A stretch of DNA of 64,000 nt from an uncultured Planctomycetales bacterium (GTDB taxonomy: Bacteria > Omnitrophota > Gorgyraeia > Zapsychrales > Fredricksoniimonadaceae). Positions 30,859 through 40,640 of the stretch are shown one piece after another. Under the pieces are notes generated by a model. That model saw only the letters and a list, made by a program, of their open reading frames with translations, did not search any database and was not told where the DNA came from. The stretch covers positions 3,067 through 67,066 of the forward strand of contig CAZFNI010000001.1 in assembly GCA_964520655.1 (NCBI GenBank), given 5' to 3'. How positions within the stretch are numbered: position 1 is the stretch's first letter; each line of letters starts with the position of its first letter. The translations under genes were made by a program, and so were the position numbers.

Positions 30859-32818
30859 ATCTCCGGCGAAGATCAAAACAATCGGCAAGATCCTGGGCAC
30901 AAAATACAAGGTCACCGCGTCGATGGGGCATTTGATCGACCTGCCTAAATCATCACTGGGTGTGGATATTGATAAAGAATTCGAACCTAAATTCATCGTG
31001 GTCCGGGATAAGTCCAAGACCATGGCCAAACTGAAAAAAGAAGCCAAGGATATGGACACGATCTATATCGCGACCGACCCTGATCGTGAAGGAGAGGCTA
31101 TCGGCTGGAATTTGATCGAACATATTGCCAAAGAGAAGAAAGTCCTGCGTGTCGTGTTCCATGAGATCACCAAGGACGCCGTTAAAAAAGCATTTGAACA
31201 TCCGCGTGAATTTGACCATAAGAAGGTCGATGCCCAGAATGCCCGCCGTGTACTTGACCGCATCGTGGGCTATCAGATCAGTCCCTTATTATGGAAGAAG
31301 GTCGGGTCCCGTCTTTCTGCCGGCCGCGTGCAGTCAGTCGCCCTGCGTTTGATCGTAGAGAGAGAAGAGGCTATCCGCAGCTTTGTTCCTCAGGAATATT
31401 GGCAGATCGCGGTCGATCTTCAGAAAAAAGGCGTCAAAGATATCCTGACGGCTTCTTTGGAGAAGATCGATGGTAAAAAGCCGGAATTAAAAGACGAAGC
31501 GCAGACGAAGAACATTGTCGGAGAGATCAAGCAGCAGCATTTTGAGGTCAGCGCCATCAATAAAAAGGAAGTCCGCCGCAACGCACCAGCGCCTTTTATC
31601 ACCTCCACGCTGCAACAGGAAGCTTTTAGTAAATTAGGGTTCAATGCCTCCCGCACGATGATGATCGCCCAGGAGCTTTATGAAGGTATTGAAGTGGGGG
31701 ATGAAGAACCGGTCGGGCTTATCACCTACATGCGCACGGATTCTTTCAATCTGGCCAATGAAGCCGTTGATAAACTGCGCGTATATATCAAAAAAGAATA
31801 CGGTCCAAAATTCCTGCCGGAGACTCCTAATAAATTCAAGTCCAAGAAAAGTGCCCAAGAAGCTCATGAGGCCATACGTCCGACCGATCTAGGAAAGAGC
31901 CCGGAATCCCTGCGAGATTTCCTGACGGAAGACCAATACCGTTTGTATAATCTTATTTATAAACGTTTTATCAGCTGCCAGATGACCCCGGCGGTCTTTG
32001 AGCAGACCAAGCTTGAGGTCACGGCGGGTCGTTTTCAGTTCGGCGCTAGCGGTTCTATTTTGACCTTTGATGGGTATTTGGCGGTCTATAAAGATAACGA
32101 TGAAGAAGAAGTATTAAAGCTTGATGCGTCCAATTACCAAAAAGGCGATGCGCTCCAATTAAAGGATGTGAAGCCTTCTCAGCATTTTACTAAACCGCCG
32201 GCGCGTTATTCGGAAGCCAGTTTGGTCAAAGCGCTGGAAGAACAGGGGATCGGCCGGCCTTCTACCTATGCGTCGATCATCTCAACGCTTGTTGCCCGTA
32301 ATTATGTGCTGCGCGACCGAGGGTATTTCACCGCGACCGAATTGGGGATCAAGATCTGCAATTTGCTGGTGGAATATTTTAAGAAGGTCATGGACATCGG
32401 ATTTACCGCCAGCATGGAAGAGGAGCTGGACTCGATCGAGGACGGGTCCCATGGGTATGTGAAGGTTTTGTCTGATTTCTGGGGACCTTTCAAGGAAGAG
32501 CTGGATTTTGCCAATGCCAATATTCAAAAGACCCATGACACCACGGGAAAACCATGTCCCAAGTGCGGCTCACCGTTGGCGGTCAAGTGGGGGCGCCGCG
32601 GCCGGTTTATCAGCTGTACCAAATTCCCGGAATGCAAACACGCGGAAAGCTATACGATCGGCGTGAAATGCCCGACGGAAGGGTGCGGCGGGGAATTGGT
32701 TGAACGCCGTTCAGGAAGAGGCGCCACCTTCTACGGCTGCAACCGTTATCCAGAATGCAAATTTATCAGCAATAAATTACCCAAGAATGACGCGGCACCC
32801 GCACCAGCCGGGGCCTGA
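30833..32818 (+). CDS. topA: DNA topoisomerase I (type IA) with two C-terminal C4 zinc ribbons
   Basis: SLVIVESPAKIKTIGKILG Toprim domain; active-site region GLITYMRTDS; CPKCG...C..C and CPTEGCGG...C..C zinc ribbons. Confidence 0.9.
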   Translation: MAKSLVIVESPAKIKTIGKILGTKYKVTASMGHLIDLPKSSLGVDIDKEFEPKFIVVRDKSKTMAKLKKEAKDMDTIYIATDPDREGEAIGWNLIEHIAKEKKVLRVVFHEITKDAVKKAFEHPREFDHKKVDAQNARRVLDRIVGYQISPLLWKKVGSRLSAGRVQSVALRLIVEREEAIRSFVPQEYWQIAVDLQKKGVKDILTASLEKIDGKKPELKDEAQTKNIVGEIKQQHFEVSAINKKEVRRNAPAPFITSTLQQEAFSKLGFNASRTMMIAQELYEGIEVGDEEPVGLITYMRTDSFNLANEAVDKLRVYIKKEYGPKFLPETPNKFKSKKSAQEAHEAIRPTDLGKSPESLRDFLTEDQYRLYNLIYKRFISCQMTPAVFEQTKLEVTAGRFQFGASGSILTFDGYLAVYKDNDEEEVLKLDASNYQKGDALQLKDVKPSQHFTKPPARYSEASLVKALEEQGIGRPSTYASIISTLVARNYVLRDRGYFTATELGIKICNLLVEYFKKVMDIGFTASMEEELDSIEDGSHGYVKVLSDFWGPFKEELDFANANIQKTHDTTGKPCPKCGSPLAVKWGRRGRFISCTKFPECKHAESYTIGVKCPTEGCGGELVERRSGRGATFYGCNRYPECKFISNKLPKNDAAPAPAGA

Positions 32819-32861
32819 TAAAGTTTGTCAGTCTTCATAATGATAAGGGGGCTTTAGGCCG

Positions 32862-33722
32862 ATGTTGTCCCTGATCCAGAAATATCTCGCCTATCTTGAG
32901 GTCGAGAAGAACTATTCCGCGCACACCATCCTCAATTATAAATTGGACCTTCAGGAGTTTGCCAAATTCACCGGTGATCTGTCTGTTGATAAGATCGAAT
33001 ACACGAACCTCCGCCGTTTTCTAGCCAAAATGCGTGAGGAACAGTTAAAGCCCCGCAGTGTGGCACGTAAACTTTCGTCATTGAGGTCTTTCTTCAGGTA
33101 TTTGCAGCGGGAAAAGATCGTGGCCAAAAATCCGGCCGCTTTGCTCGTGACACCGAAACTCGATAAGCCTTTGCCGCATTTTTTAAGTGAGGAAGAGGCG
33201 CTAAAGTTGATCGAAGCACCCAAGTCGGACAAATTAAGTGATGCCCGCGACAAAGCGATCTTTGAGGTGCTCTATTCGACGGGGATGCGGGTCTCGGAAC
33301 TGGTGGGGCTTGATGTGGATGATGTGGATTTTATCAGCAATATTGCCCGGGTCATGGGTAAGGGTAAGAAAGAACGCATCGTGCCCATTGGGGATACGGC
33401 ATTGGAAGTTTTGAAGAAATATCTGGATACGCGGGTTTATCAGTCATCGGCCATGTTCCTCAATAAAAGCGGAGGGCGTTTAACCGACCGCAGTGTGCGC
33501 AATATTATCAATAAATTCATCCTCAAAGAAGCGATGCGCCAACACGTGACCCCGCATATGTTCCGCCATTCCTTTGCCACCCATTTACTTAACAGGGGAG
33601 CGGACTTGCGTTCTGTTCAGGAGCTCTTGGGGCATGTGAATCTCTCCACCACTCAGATCTATACCCACTTGACCACAGAAAAGTTAAAAAGCGTCTACAA
33701 TAAAGCCCACCCAAGGGCGTAA
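32862..33722 (+). CDS. xerC: Tyrosine site-specific recombinase XerC/XerD family (chromosome dimer resolution)
   Basis: Catalytic R..H..R..Y tetrad context (GMRVSELVGL, HMFRHSFATHLL, LGHVNLSTTQIYTH); conserved dprA-topA-xer synteny argues for a housekeeping Xer rather than a phage integrase. Confidence 0.85.
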   Translation: MLSLIQKYLAYLEVEKNYSAHTILNYKLDLQEFAKFTGDLSVDKIEYTNLRRFLAKMREEQLKPRSVARKLSSLRSFFRYLQREKIVAKNPAALLVTPKLDKPLPHFLSEEEALKLIEAPKSDKLSDARDKAIFEVLYSTGMRVSELVGLDVDDVDFISNIARVMGKGKKERIVPIGDTALEVLKKYLDTRVYQSSAMFLNKSGGRLTDRSVRNIINKFILKEAMRQHVTPHMFRHSFATHLLNRGADLRSVQELLGHVNLSTTQIYTHLTTEKLKSVYNKAHPRA

Positions 33723-33843
33723 TTTGTTCTGATTTTTTCAAGAAAGCGTTTTCTTGATTTAATGCTCACCGCCTTGACACCATATTCTCCATATGGCATA
33801 CTTACTTTTGGTAACAGCAACCCATTAATAATAAAGAAGAAAC

Positions 33844-36800
33844 ATGAGTAAAACTTTACAAAAAGCACTGCGCATATTCATCAGCTTGACCTTTATCTTA
33901 AGCTCGGTATCCTTTTCCAAGGTCCAGGCCGGTGAGATCGTTGTTCCCCTGATGCCCAAACCCGGCACGATCGTCAATTTAAGCCCGATGTATAATCCGG
34001 CCTTTTTAAATGGGTTAGTCATCCATCCGGACAATGCTTTGGAGTTTGATTTCTTGATCCGCAAGGGCGACGGCAATTTGGACATGCCACAAAAGAATCA
34101 GGAGTATACGAAGCTGGTCAAATATTTCTTAGCATCGTTGACCATTCCCGATGAAGACCAGTGGGTTAACTTGTCTCCTTATGAAAACGACCGCATCATC
34201 AAGGACAATTTTGGCAAGACGGAAATGGGGCGTGACCTGTTAAGTCAGGATTATCTTCTTAAACAGATCGCTTCGTCATTAATGTATCCCGAGAGTGGTT
34301 TGGGAAAGAATTTCTGGGACAAGGTTTATGAAAAGGCCTATCAGGAATTCGGCAACACCAATATTCCGGTCAACACTTTCAATAAGGTGTGGATCGTCCC
34401 GGATGAAGCTTCCATTTATGAAAGCGGCAATACCGCCTATGTGGTCAAAAGCCATTTGAAGGTCATGCTGGAAGAAGATTATTTGTCCTTGGAAAAGCAC
34501 TCTGCTGTCAGTGAAAAACCTAATAAAACACACGCTTTATCGTCTAAAGTCATCAAAGAGATCATCTTGCCGCAGATCGAGCGCGAGGTCAATGAAGGCA
34601 AGAATTTTGCCCAATTGCGTCAGATCTTTTCCGGGATGGTGTTGGCCACCTGGTATAAAAAAGCGCTGCGTGAATCTTTGTTGGGAAAGATTTATGCGGA
34701 CAGGGCCAAGGTCGCTGGGGTGAATCAGGACCCAGCCAACAATGAGAAAATTTACCAGCAGTATCTCGCCGCTTTTAAGAAGGGTGTTTACAACTATATT
34801 AAAGAAGACGTGGATCGTTACACCAATCAGATCATCCCCAGAAAGTATTTCTCCGGCGGGTTTGTCAATCAGCTGGATAGGGCCATGGTTGTGACCAAGG
34901 TGAATGAAGGGGCCTTGGCTCAGGCGGTTAAGGTTCAAGGGCCGTCGGATATGGACAGGGCGACGGTTTCTTTAAAAGGTGACCAGGAGCGGATGGACGC
35001 AGCGATGAGAACTTCTTCGGACTTGCCAGGGGTCAATCCGGTGGTTTTAAACAAGCAGCCCGCGATGCCGCCCATGGGATCTTTGAGTTTACGTGAATTA
35101 AGCGCTTATGATCAGATCAGGCTAAATAACAAAGGGATCTTGGATAAGTCCATTACTATTTCTGGTGTTGACGGACAGATGCTTCGCTACACGCTCATGG
35201 GGCAGCGCGCAGAAGTTTATTTCAGGCCTGTAGTCAGTTTTTCTTACCGGCAGCATGAGAACGATCCTGCAAAGAAGGTTTTCTATGCGATCGGTTATGA
35301 ACCGGTTAGCTTGGGGGATCGTAATAATTTTAACCTCCGGGTCTTTTACAGGTCGGAAGATGAGACGTTATGGAGATCGTATACTCCTTCGAATATAAAC
35401 TCTGTCGATGATCTTAGTGTGGGAGAGGTCGTGACTGGCCCACTGCAGCGTGATCTGGGCAGGCTTGAGGATGAGGGGATCGAGAACGGGAATGACCATA
35501 CTGGTTTCCGTCTGGCTGTTAATGATATTTTGGTTAAAAGGCAGAATGATGACAAGCCGATCAATGGTTTTTCAAAACCGGAATTTGTCCCTACCCGTTT
35601 GGAAGATCAGCCGGAGATAAGCAAAGACAATATTGTCGACGCGTATAACAGGGCAGGGGTGCCCTTTCTAGTGCTTTCATCAAGGAATAAACAGTATCGA
35701 TGGACGTTCGCGCAGAGATCAGGATATGTTGATGTGGTGCAAGTGGAAGATCTGAGGGCTGGCATCACGGGGCCCCTGGGTTTGCAGGGGAGGAACATTC
35801 CGTGGACTTTGCCGCCTGTGTCCGAGCAATCGTGGTCGTCGCTAACCCAGCCGAACGCGCTCCCGTTCTTAAAAGATGTCATGGCATTGTTCAATCGAAA
35901 TAATTCTTTTGAGATCAGTAAAGCAGGGGTGACCCCTGTCTCATTTGCCGATATCCTCAAAGCCCCTGTGATGATAGAGCTGCCGTCAGGCGATGTGCTG
36001 CGGTTATCAATGGGTCTGGACGGCCGGCTGATTGTTTCTGATGGGCAAAGTTCTCATGCGGTACGCAGCGGCGAGACCGTTACGTATGGGGCTCGGGCAG
36101 ATCTACATCACGGGTTAACGGTGTTGGAGCGTTTGGGTCCTAGATCGGGTGTTTCACAAGCACACTTTACCTTGACAGTGGGGCAGGATGATCAGGGTCG
36201 AGGGATGAAGGGTTATGTTTGGATCAAAGACGGGGCTTATGCGAAAGACGGTGTGACCACCGAGGAGATCCGTAACTTTGTTGCGGCAGCCAATAAAAAC
36301 CCGGAAGGGGTCACGAATTTCTTTAGATGGATGGCGAATTTAGGTTATTTAGGTGTGGTCGAAGGGAATGTTAGACTTTATAAGCTGTTCAAGGCGCCGG
36401 TGGAAGACCCTGCTTTTGCAAAGACCAGAGTGGCGATGCAAGAAGCTTTGGGGGACGAATTAACAAATGCGCTTCTTGCGACATACTTTCAACGGCCTTC
36501 GACCAATGGGTCGGTGATCAGCATGTACAGCGATGCGGCAATGGCGAGCAGACGCACAGCGATCGCATCTCTGGCCGCATCGATGCTGTTAACCCGTGAT
36601 GCCAGCGGGCAAGCGATCAATCGGTCGAGTTTTCTGGATATTCAAGATTTTATGTTTAATTTTCACGCTCTTACAGATAAAAAACGATTAAGTGATGCCG
36701 ATCGTGAAACATTAACAGCAGGCATGTCTTTTCTGGCCCAGCAGCCTCAGTTTCCTCTGGATGCGACAAAAGCCAAAGTATTTGCAGAACGGTTAAATGC

Positions 36801-38274
36801 TTTTTCTGCGTATAAGTCTGCTTTGGAAAAGCATGGTTCAAAGGAACAGGTCCAACAGTACAATGTTCTTCTAGGCACGATGTTCCTTGGGTTTTACAAG
36901 CCAGGATTTAGTGAGGAAGTAAGCGGCGATGATAAACAGATCGCTGTTGCTTTAGATGACCGCAAGGTTTTTGTGGAATATGCCAAACTCTATATTGATC
37001 CAGCGATGGCGGGGATGACTGTTGCGGATCTGTCTGATAAAGGAAAACAAATATATGCGGCGATCGGTCAAGTCTCGCAAGAGTCTGGTCCATCTTTTGA
37101 GGTTGCGCTGGAAACCGTAAATTCGCAAGTCAGAGCCGCGATCGCGTTGTATGAGCAAGTGCAAGGCATGTCAACAGGGAATTTATTGCCTGCAGTCGAG
37201 AGGGCTTTTCTAACCCGCTATCTTGTTGGGGAATTAGTGATGCCGCGCATTAAGCGGGGGGCGGCGTTGTCGTTGGATAATGTGAAGAATATTGGATTGG
37301 TGCCCAATGAAGTCACAGCGGAGATCATTAAACAAAGTGACTCGGCCATGGCGGCGGGTAGAGATGCGGCGAAGGCAACTTTTGTAAAAGGTGTTATAAA
37401 GGGCGTTGGTATGCGGGGTGGATTTGTTACGGATCAATTGCCTGATTTTAATCCTGATATTAGTATTTTACCTGCGGTTACAATATCAGGCATAAGATCG
37501 ACAGCTTCCGGATTAGCCATGAATTCAGGTGTACCAGTGCCGAAAGCAACTCCGGAACAATTAGCTGAATTAAGAAAAGGGCTTGACGCAGGGGATGGTC
37601 TATTTATAAAAAGTGCCGCTATCCCAGAAGAAAAAATAGTTGGTAAAAAGATCATCGCTGTAGCGGAGAATGGGCAAAGAACATCTGGAGTTGGTGTGAG
37701 AATAACCAATGGGTTGGTCGGAATAGAGGTTCCTGTCATAGTCTCGATGCCTCAGGTTGAATTCAGAAATAAATTACAAACAGCCTTATCTGGATCAAAG
37801 TTTGATCCAATGATGGTCTTTAATCGATTAAGAGCCCAAGAGGTGATATCTGTTGATGCCAATGAGGTCAAGGTAAAAGAAGGAAATACAACGGTGATAT
37901 TAACAGATGCGGGATTTGAACCGCAATTAACATCACTTTTAAGACCGTTCTTAAAAGAGTTTAATAAAACTGAAGTAAAGGGTGTAAAACCGGCAGCCTT
38001 ACTTGATAGTGATGGTAATGGGATTTGGCGCGCAAATCAAGCTATGTCTGCTGATAAAAAAGGTGGTATCGACTTAAACGCGGCGAATTTGAATTTCCAG
38101 ATCAAGCGCGACGGTCGCGGCGTGCCGCTGCCTTTGCCTCAGCAGGATATGAAAATGCTTCAGGGCATTGAAGGCTTTATCCCCACCATCCTTGAGATCA
38201 AACCTGTCACCACGCTGCCCATGTTCAGTTCTCTCAAAGAAAGCGAAACACAGGTGCTGGCCAGCGCCTCATAA
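33844..38274 (+). CDS. Giant hypothetical secreted protein (1476 aa), signal peptide, no internal repeats, no recognisable catalytic motif
   Basis: Uninterrupted 4.4-kb ORF with N-terminal MSKTLQKALRIFISLTFILSSVSFSKVQA signal; upstream TTGACA-N17-CATACT promoter-like element (33774-33802). Confidence 0.7.
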   Translation: MSKTLQKALRIFISLTFILSSVSFSKVQAGEIVVPLMPKPGTIVNLSPMYNPAFLNGLVIHPDNALEFDFLIRKGDGNLDMPQKNQEYTKLVKYFLASLTIPDEDQWVNLSPYENDRIIKDNFGKTEMGRDLLSQDYLLKQIASSLMYPESGLGKNFWDKVYEKAYQEFGNTNIPVNTFNKVWIVPDEASIYESGNTAYVVKSHLKVMLEEDYLSLEKHSAVSEKPNKTHALSSKVIKEIILPQIEREVNEGKNFAQLRQIFSGMVLATWYKKALRESLLGKIYADRAKVAGVNQDPANNEKIYQQYLAAFKKGVYNYIKEDVDRYTNQIIPRKYFSGGFVNQLDRAMVVTKVNEGALAQAVKVQGPSDMDRATVSLKGDQERMDAAMRTSSDLPGVNPVVLNKQPAMPPMGSLSLRELSAYDQIRLNNKGILDKSITISGVDGQMLRYTLMGQRAEVYFRPVVSFSYRQHENDPAKKVFYAIGYEPVSLGDRNNFNLRVFYRSEDETLWRSYTPSNINSVDDLSVGEVVTGPLQRDLGRLEDEGIENGNDHTGFRLAVNDILVKRQNDDKPINGFSKPEFVPTRLEDQPEISKDNIVDAYNRAGVPFLVLSSRNKQYRWTFAQRSGYVDVVQVEDLRAGITGPLGLQGRNIPWTLPPVSEQSWSSLTQPNALPFLKDVMALFNRNNSFEISKAGVTPVSFADILKAPVMIELPSGDVLRLSMGLDGRLIVSDGQSSHAVRSGETVTYGARADLHHGLTVLERLGPRSGVSQAHFTLTVGQDDQGRGMKGYVWIKDGAYAKDGVTTEEIRNFVAAANKNPEGVTNFFRWMANLGYLGVVEGNVRLYKLFKAPVEDPAFAKTRVAMQEALGDELTNALLATYFQRPSTNGSVISMYSDAAMASRRTAIASLAASMLLTRDASGQAINRSSFLDIQDFMFNFHALTDKKRLSDADRETLTAGMSFLAQQPQFPLDATKAKVFAERLNAFSAYKSALEKHGSKEQVQQYNVLLGTMFLGFYKPGFSEEVSGDDKQIAVALDDRKVFVEYAKLYIDPAMAGMTVADLSDKGKQIYAAIGQVSQESGPSFEVALETVNSQVRAAIALYEQVQGMSTGNLLPAVERAFLTRYLVGELVMPRIKRGAALSLDNVKNIGLVPNEVTAEIIKQSDSAMAAGRDAAKATFVKGVIKGVGMRGGFVTDQLPDFNPDISILPAVTISGIRSTASGLAMNSGVPVPKATPEQLAELRKGLDAGDGLFIKSAAIPEEKIVGKKIIAVAENGQRTSGVGVRITNGLVGIEVPVIVSMPQVEFRNKLQTALSGSKFDPMMVFNRLRAQEVISVDANEVKVKEGNTTVILTDAGFEPQLTSLLRPFLKEFNKTEVKGVKPAALLDSDGNGIWRANQAMSADKKGGIDLNAANLNFQIKRDGRGVPLPLPQQDMKMLQGIEGFIPTILEIKPVTTLPMFSSLKESETQVLASAS

Positions 38275-38334
38275 CCCCTAAAAACCTCCTTGTTTTTTAT
38301 GGCTTGTTGGTTGGTTTAATAGTACAATACCCCC

Positions 38335-39591
38335 GTGTTTATCCTCTATGAACTAGTGTTTTTTCTCTATTGCATCACCTACGCGCCTTTCTTGAAATTC
38401 ACCGGGCGCTGGCATCCTGGTTTCCGCCAGCGATTAGGGCAATTCACCCCGGATGAAGTGGCGAAGCTGGGGCATTCCCGGTCTATCTGGATCCACGCGG
38501 TGAGCGTCGGGGAGGTTGCCGCGGTGTCACGTTTTATCGAGCAAATGCGCGACCGATGGCCGGGTATCGGCATCATCTGTTCCGTCACGACCGTGACCGG
38601 TTATGAATATGCGCAGAAACGTTTTGGAACGACCGTCACGGTGATCTTTTCCCCAGTTGATTTTAGCCTTATCACCTCCAAGATCGTCAAGCTCATCAAG
38701 CCTAAAATGTACATTTCGGTCGAGACCGAGATATGGCCTAATTTATTTAAGTCCCTGCATAAACAGAAGATCCCCATTGCGGTCATCAATGGGCGCATTT
38801 CCGATAGGTCATTTGGTCAATATAAAATGGTGCGCGGCATGTTAAGGAAGGTGTTAAGTTACGTGAATATCTTTGCCATGCAAAGTGAAGTGGACGCGGC
38901 CCGTATCAAAGAATTGGGAGCGCCTGCGGATCGGGTGTGGTGTGTGGGCAATATTAAATTCGACGACCTGCCTAAGGCCGAAGATGCGCAGATGCACGTT
39001 GCTGGTTTCGCGCCCAAGGGGCCGTTGTGGATCGCGGGCAGCACTCATCCTGGAGAAGAAAAGATCATTCTGGATGTGTTTAAGCAGTTAAAGAAGACCT
39101 ACCCTCAATGGGAACTGGTCATTGCGCCGCGCCATGTCCAAAGGGTTAAGGAGATATCAGATCTAGTCAAGGCCAGCGGGTTTAATTACGCGTTATTTTC
39201 CCAGTCCCGCATGAGCCGTTATGATCCCAATGCTGTGACCATCGTGGATACGATCGGGCATTTAAGGAGTTTGTACGCTTACGCCTCGCTGGTATTCGTG
39301 GGGAAAAGTTTGTGCGTTGGCGGAGGGCATAATATCATTGAGCCGGCATTCTTTGCCAAGCCCGTCATTGTCGGGGAACGCATGGAAAATTTTCGGGATG
39401 TACTGGCGTATTTTAAAAAAGATCAGGCTGTGGTGGTCGTCAGAGACCGTAAAGAATTAGCGGCGAAGGTTGATGAAATGATGGGAGATCCTAATAAAAG
39501 GGTCGAACTTGGCCGCCGGGCTAAGGCCACGATCGATCATAATCAGGGGGCCGGCTACAAGATCATGCAGCTGATCGCTTTATGTCTCTAA
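38335..39591 (+). CDS. waaA: 3-deoxy-D-manno-octulosonic acid (Kdo) transferase
   Basis: IWIHAVSVGEVAAVSRFIEQMRDRWP and GT30 C-terminal domain; GTG start. Confidence 0.85.
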   Translation: MFILYELVFFLYCITYAPFLKFTGRWHPGFRQRLGQFTPDEVAKLGHSRSIWIHAVSVGEVAAVSRFIEQMRDRWPGIGIICSVTTVTGYEYAQKRFGTTVTVIFSPVDFSLITSKIVKLIKPKMYISVETEIWPNLFKSLHKQKIPIAVINGRISDRSFGQYKMVRGMLRKVLSYVNIFAMQSEVDAARIKELGAPADRVWCVGNIKFDDLPKAEDAQMHVAGFAPKGPLWIAGSTHPGEEKIILDVFKQLKKTYPQWELVIAPRHVQRVKEISDLVKASGFNYALFSQSRMSRYDPNAVTIVDTIGHLRSLYAYASLVFVGKSLCVGGGHNIIEPAFFAKPVIVGERMENFRDVLAYFKKDQAVVVVRDRKELAAKVDEMMGDPNKRVELGRRAKATIDHNQGAGYKIMQLIALCL

Positions 39592-40640
39592 AGGTTTATT
39601 GTTATAAATTAATGACCGATCGTACCTGCGGGGTCTTAGACAGTCTGGTCAAATGTGTGATGTGGTTATTAAGTCTGCTGTATGGCGGGCTGGCGCTGGC
39701 CAGGCGGAGGCTTTATGCGTCAGGAGTGCTGCGCGCGTACCGAGCTTTAAAACCCGTGATCAGTGTTGGAAATATTACTCTTGGAGGTGCTGGCAAGACA
39801 CCGCTGGTGATCGCCATTGTGGAGGCCTTGCAGCAGCGGCAATTAAGACCGGCCGTATTGATCCGCGGGTACATGCCCCAGGGCGAGCTCTACAGCGATG
39901 AGGCATTGATGTTAAAACAGCGGCTGCCTGGCGTTCCGATCTTGACTGGGGCCGACCGCAGCCGCAGCATTGAAGATTGTTTGAAGCATCACGCGGTGGA
40001 TGTGTTTGTTTGTGATGATGCTTTCGGACATTTGCAGATGGCCAGGGATTTGAATATCGTCGCGGTCAACGCGGCAGACCCTTTTGGCAACGGCCATGTT
40101 GTTCCACGGGGTATCTTGCGCGAACCACTTGGGGCATTGGCTGACGCGGATGTATTCGTCGTGACAAAATCCGACCATCCTGACGGAAAGCTCGATCTGT
40201 TGACCCGAAAACTGAATGCGTTCGCGCCTCGATCGCTGGTGGCCACATCGATCCATAAACCGATCGATTGCGTGGATGTTTTTAGCGGATCACATATTGA
40301 TCTGTCGCATTTTAAAGGGATCTCTGTTGTCGGATTTTGCGGGATAGGAGATACCGGTGCGTTCCGGCATAGTTTGCAGCAAGCCGGATTTCAGGCGGTC
40401 AATGTCTTTGGGTTCATGGATCACCATAGTTATAGTGCCCAAGATATGGTCCAGATGCGCAAATGGGCACAGGAGCATAATGTCGTCAACATCATCACCA
40501 CTCATAAAGACGCGGTCAAGCTGGCGGCGTTTAAGGATATTTGGGATGGTTTTAAAGTTTATTATTTAGCGATAGGTCTGGAAATCACGAATGGCAAGAA
40601 TGTCTTCCTTGAAAGAATCATGTCTGTTGTGCGTCATTAA
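39582..40640 (+). CDS. lpxK: Tetraacyldisaccharide 4'-kinase
   Basis: ISVGNITLGGAGKTPLVIAIVEAL P-loop typical of LpxK. Confidence 0.85.
   Translation: MSLKVYCYKLMTDRTCGVLDSLVKCVMWLLSLLYGGLALARRRLYASGVLRAYRALKPVISVGNITLGGAGKTPLVIAIVEALQQRQLRPAVLIRGYMPQGELYSDEALMLKQRLPGVPILTGADRSRSIEDCLKHHAVDVFVCDDAFGHLQMARDLNIVAVNAADPFGNGHVVPRGILREPLGALADADVFVVTKSDHPDGKLDLLTRKLNAFAPRSLVATSIHKPIDCVDVFSGSHIDLSHFKGISVVGFCGIGDTGAFRHSLQQAGFQAVNVFGFMDHHSYSAQDMVQMRKWAQEHNVVNIITTHKDAVKLAAFKDIWDGFKVYYLAIGLEITNGKNVFLERIMSVVRH

Noticed and set aside
32862-33722. Tyrosine recombinase as marker of an integrated mobile element
   Set aside because: Sits in the conserved dprA-topA-xerC housekeeping arrangement, has no flanking phage/ICE genes, and the nearest tRNA is 20 kb away; interpreted as chromosomal XerC/XerD
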